Shown piece by piece: positions 59,441 to 64,000 of a stretch of 64,000 nucleotides of DNA (the stretch's first letter is position 1; the number at the start of each line of letters is the position of its first letter). The DNA is taken from assembly GCA_903813345.2 (NCBI GenBank), contig CAIIXF020000001.1, positions 4,154,001 through 4,218,000 of the forward strand, written 5' to 3'. Origin of the DNA: Owenia fusiformis. Its lineage: Eukaryota. The translations under genes and the position numbers were made by a program. Under the pieces are notes generated by a model. It was not told where the DNA came from, searched no databases, and was given only the letters and a program-made list of their open reading frames with translations.

Positions 59441-60874
59441 ATGAAAATTCTCTGGTTTCAAACCCATTTTAAAGCTGAGAAGTTAAAGGTTAAATGGTTT
59501 GTTTTGTTTGAAAAATGTAACATTGAGGATTTACCTTACCATGTTCATTTAAGGTAATGTGTATTCAATACAGAAAAACTACAACACAATTCATATATTT
59601 TACATCTATATATATTTCTGTTTTATTCATTTGATGAATGGTCCATATGTATATGTACCTACATTCCATTTCTGTGATGTTTAGGAGATCAGTATGCATT
59701 ATGTTCCTCTTGTCAAAACATGTCTCAGTATGCCAGATATATAATGAGATATAACAGATCAACATATTTTTAAACACCATATTTTGCAACGTATGTCCTT
59801 CAAAACATAAACATACAATTTGTCCAAAAGGTTCCAATATACCATTTGAAAAGTGAGTGCCAGAATTGGTCTAATTATGTAGATTTAAACATGTTGGTAC
59901 AAAGTTCACTAAACATTTCATCATTAAGGAGTTAGTTGACTGAATTTCAGTTTTATTTTAAAAATCATTGTACATGACACTTTTATTTTGTAATGGTATA
60001 TTCAAACCCCAGGAAAAATAGCATCATTCTTTTGCCATTCACTTGCTCAACTTATGGCATCAATCGGATGAGAGGTACTGTTTTCATTTTAAAATTACAA
60101 CCAAAGATGGGGATAAAACATGTATGTACTGGCCAAGGTATTAAAATGGATGACTTATTTACATGCAATTACATTATTGAGACAAACACAATACAATACA
60201 AACAACATTATGTTATACACTATATTATTGTCATATTATGTAGTTTGTTTGTGAACAATACATACACATTCGATTGATAGTAGGTGGGTGTCATGCTCTT
60301 CGTTCATATAACAACTTTGAAGATGAATCATTTTCATGGATGATTATAAATGTGCTACCAATATGTTGACAAACATACAGATGGATGGACAATTGGTGAT
60401 GACAAAAGCTCAACAGTGTGACATTAAAACATCTTCCAGTATGTGATATTACATTTTTGTTGAGGTGGACATGCATAGTTTCCATTTCTATAAATTATCT
60501 GACAAAGAAACCTATTTATAAAAATCCTCACATTTATTTAATTATGCACTACTAGCACTAGTGACATCTTTTACTATCTAGCATACTCAATATTTTTAAT
60601 ATTTTTCAGATTCTGTTATATTCACTGTCGTATGTTGAATTCATTCATATCTGGTCTCATTCCAAGACTTTTCCTACTGTCTTAGTATCTGTTTTTGTTT
60701 ATATTCCAAGAATGTTGCGTCTCTTACATACATGTATGTATAACAATTACATGTACCACATTATTTGGCAAGTCAAGCAAATTTAGCGACTCACATTTGC
60801 TGATGTAGGAATATCCATTTTCAGATGCATCTACTTGTATTGTCCAAATTAAAGATGTATGTACTGTATACCTG

Positions 60875-63647
<2,773 letters not shown>

Positions 63648-64000
63648 CTAAAATAAACATATGAATGTACTTTGATGTATGGATCGGATACATATATCAC
63701 ATGACAAAGGTATAAGTACTACCCAGGCCCATTCCTACAATATAAGTTATGGATATTGCTCTCGATATTTTGCATTGGTATTCGACTTTGTCTCGTTCAA
63801 ATACAGAATTTCTCGAGGAGAATATATCCTGTATTGCACTTCAAATCATTTTTATCCTATGATCTTAGGCCAATACATTTTACCTAGGTAAAGATAATTC
63901 TTAAGAAATATTCTGTATTCTATGTATTGCTACTGAGAGTGTCCCCTCCGTACCAATGCTCCGAAAACGATCAAAGGGGACAATCTCAGCAGCAATACTG

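Overview
This is AT-rich, intron-rich animal genomic DNA, probably from a marine invertebrate (inference; the species is not identifiable here). It is not prokaryotic. I reconstructed four protein-coding loci by hand from splice sites and reading phase. (1) A large + strand gene with 32 exons visible (2062-49502, 5' end upstream of the window) encodes a MUC4/SUSD2-like type I membrane protein: NIDO end, AMOP, VWD with GDPH, many EGF/cbEGF repeats, TSP1, an SEA-like region with furin sites, a TM segment and a cytoplasmic RPxSAKSE repeat tail. (2) Nested antisense in its ~28 kb intron (12300-40225) are three tandem, apparently intact 5-exon genes for type II membrane short-chain collagens with diverging C-terminal globular domains. 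(3) A 4-exon Reeler-domain gene has a signal peptide, a likely GPI signal and a TATA/AP-1/kB-like promoter. (4) The 3' part of TFIIS/TCEA on the - strand contains a U12-type AT-AC intron. The big intron is dense in transposons, several with exact boundaries because a sister duplication unit preserves the empty site. These include a tRNA-derived SINE sharing its 3' tail with a neighbouring LINE, a Transib-like palindromic element, an Academ-like foldback inside a Tx1 LINE, and a type-B Penelope-like element inside a Helentron-type HINE. No database searches were run; family names come from motif recognition.
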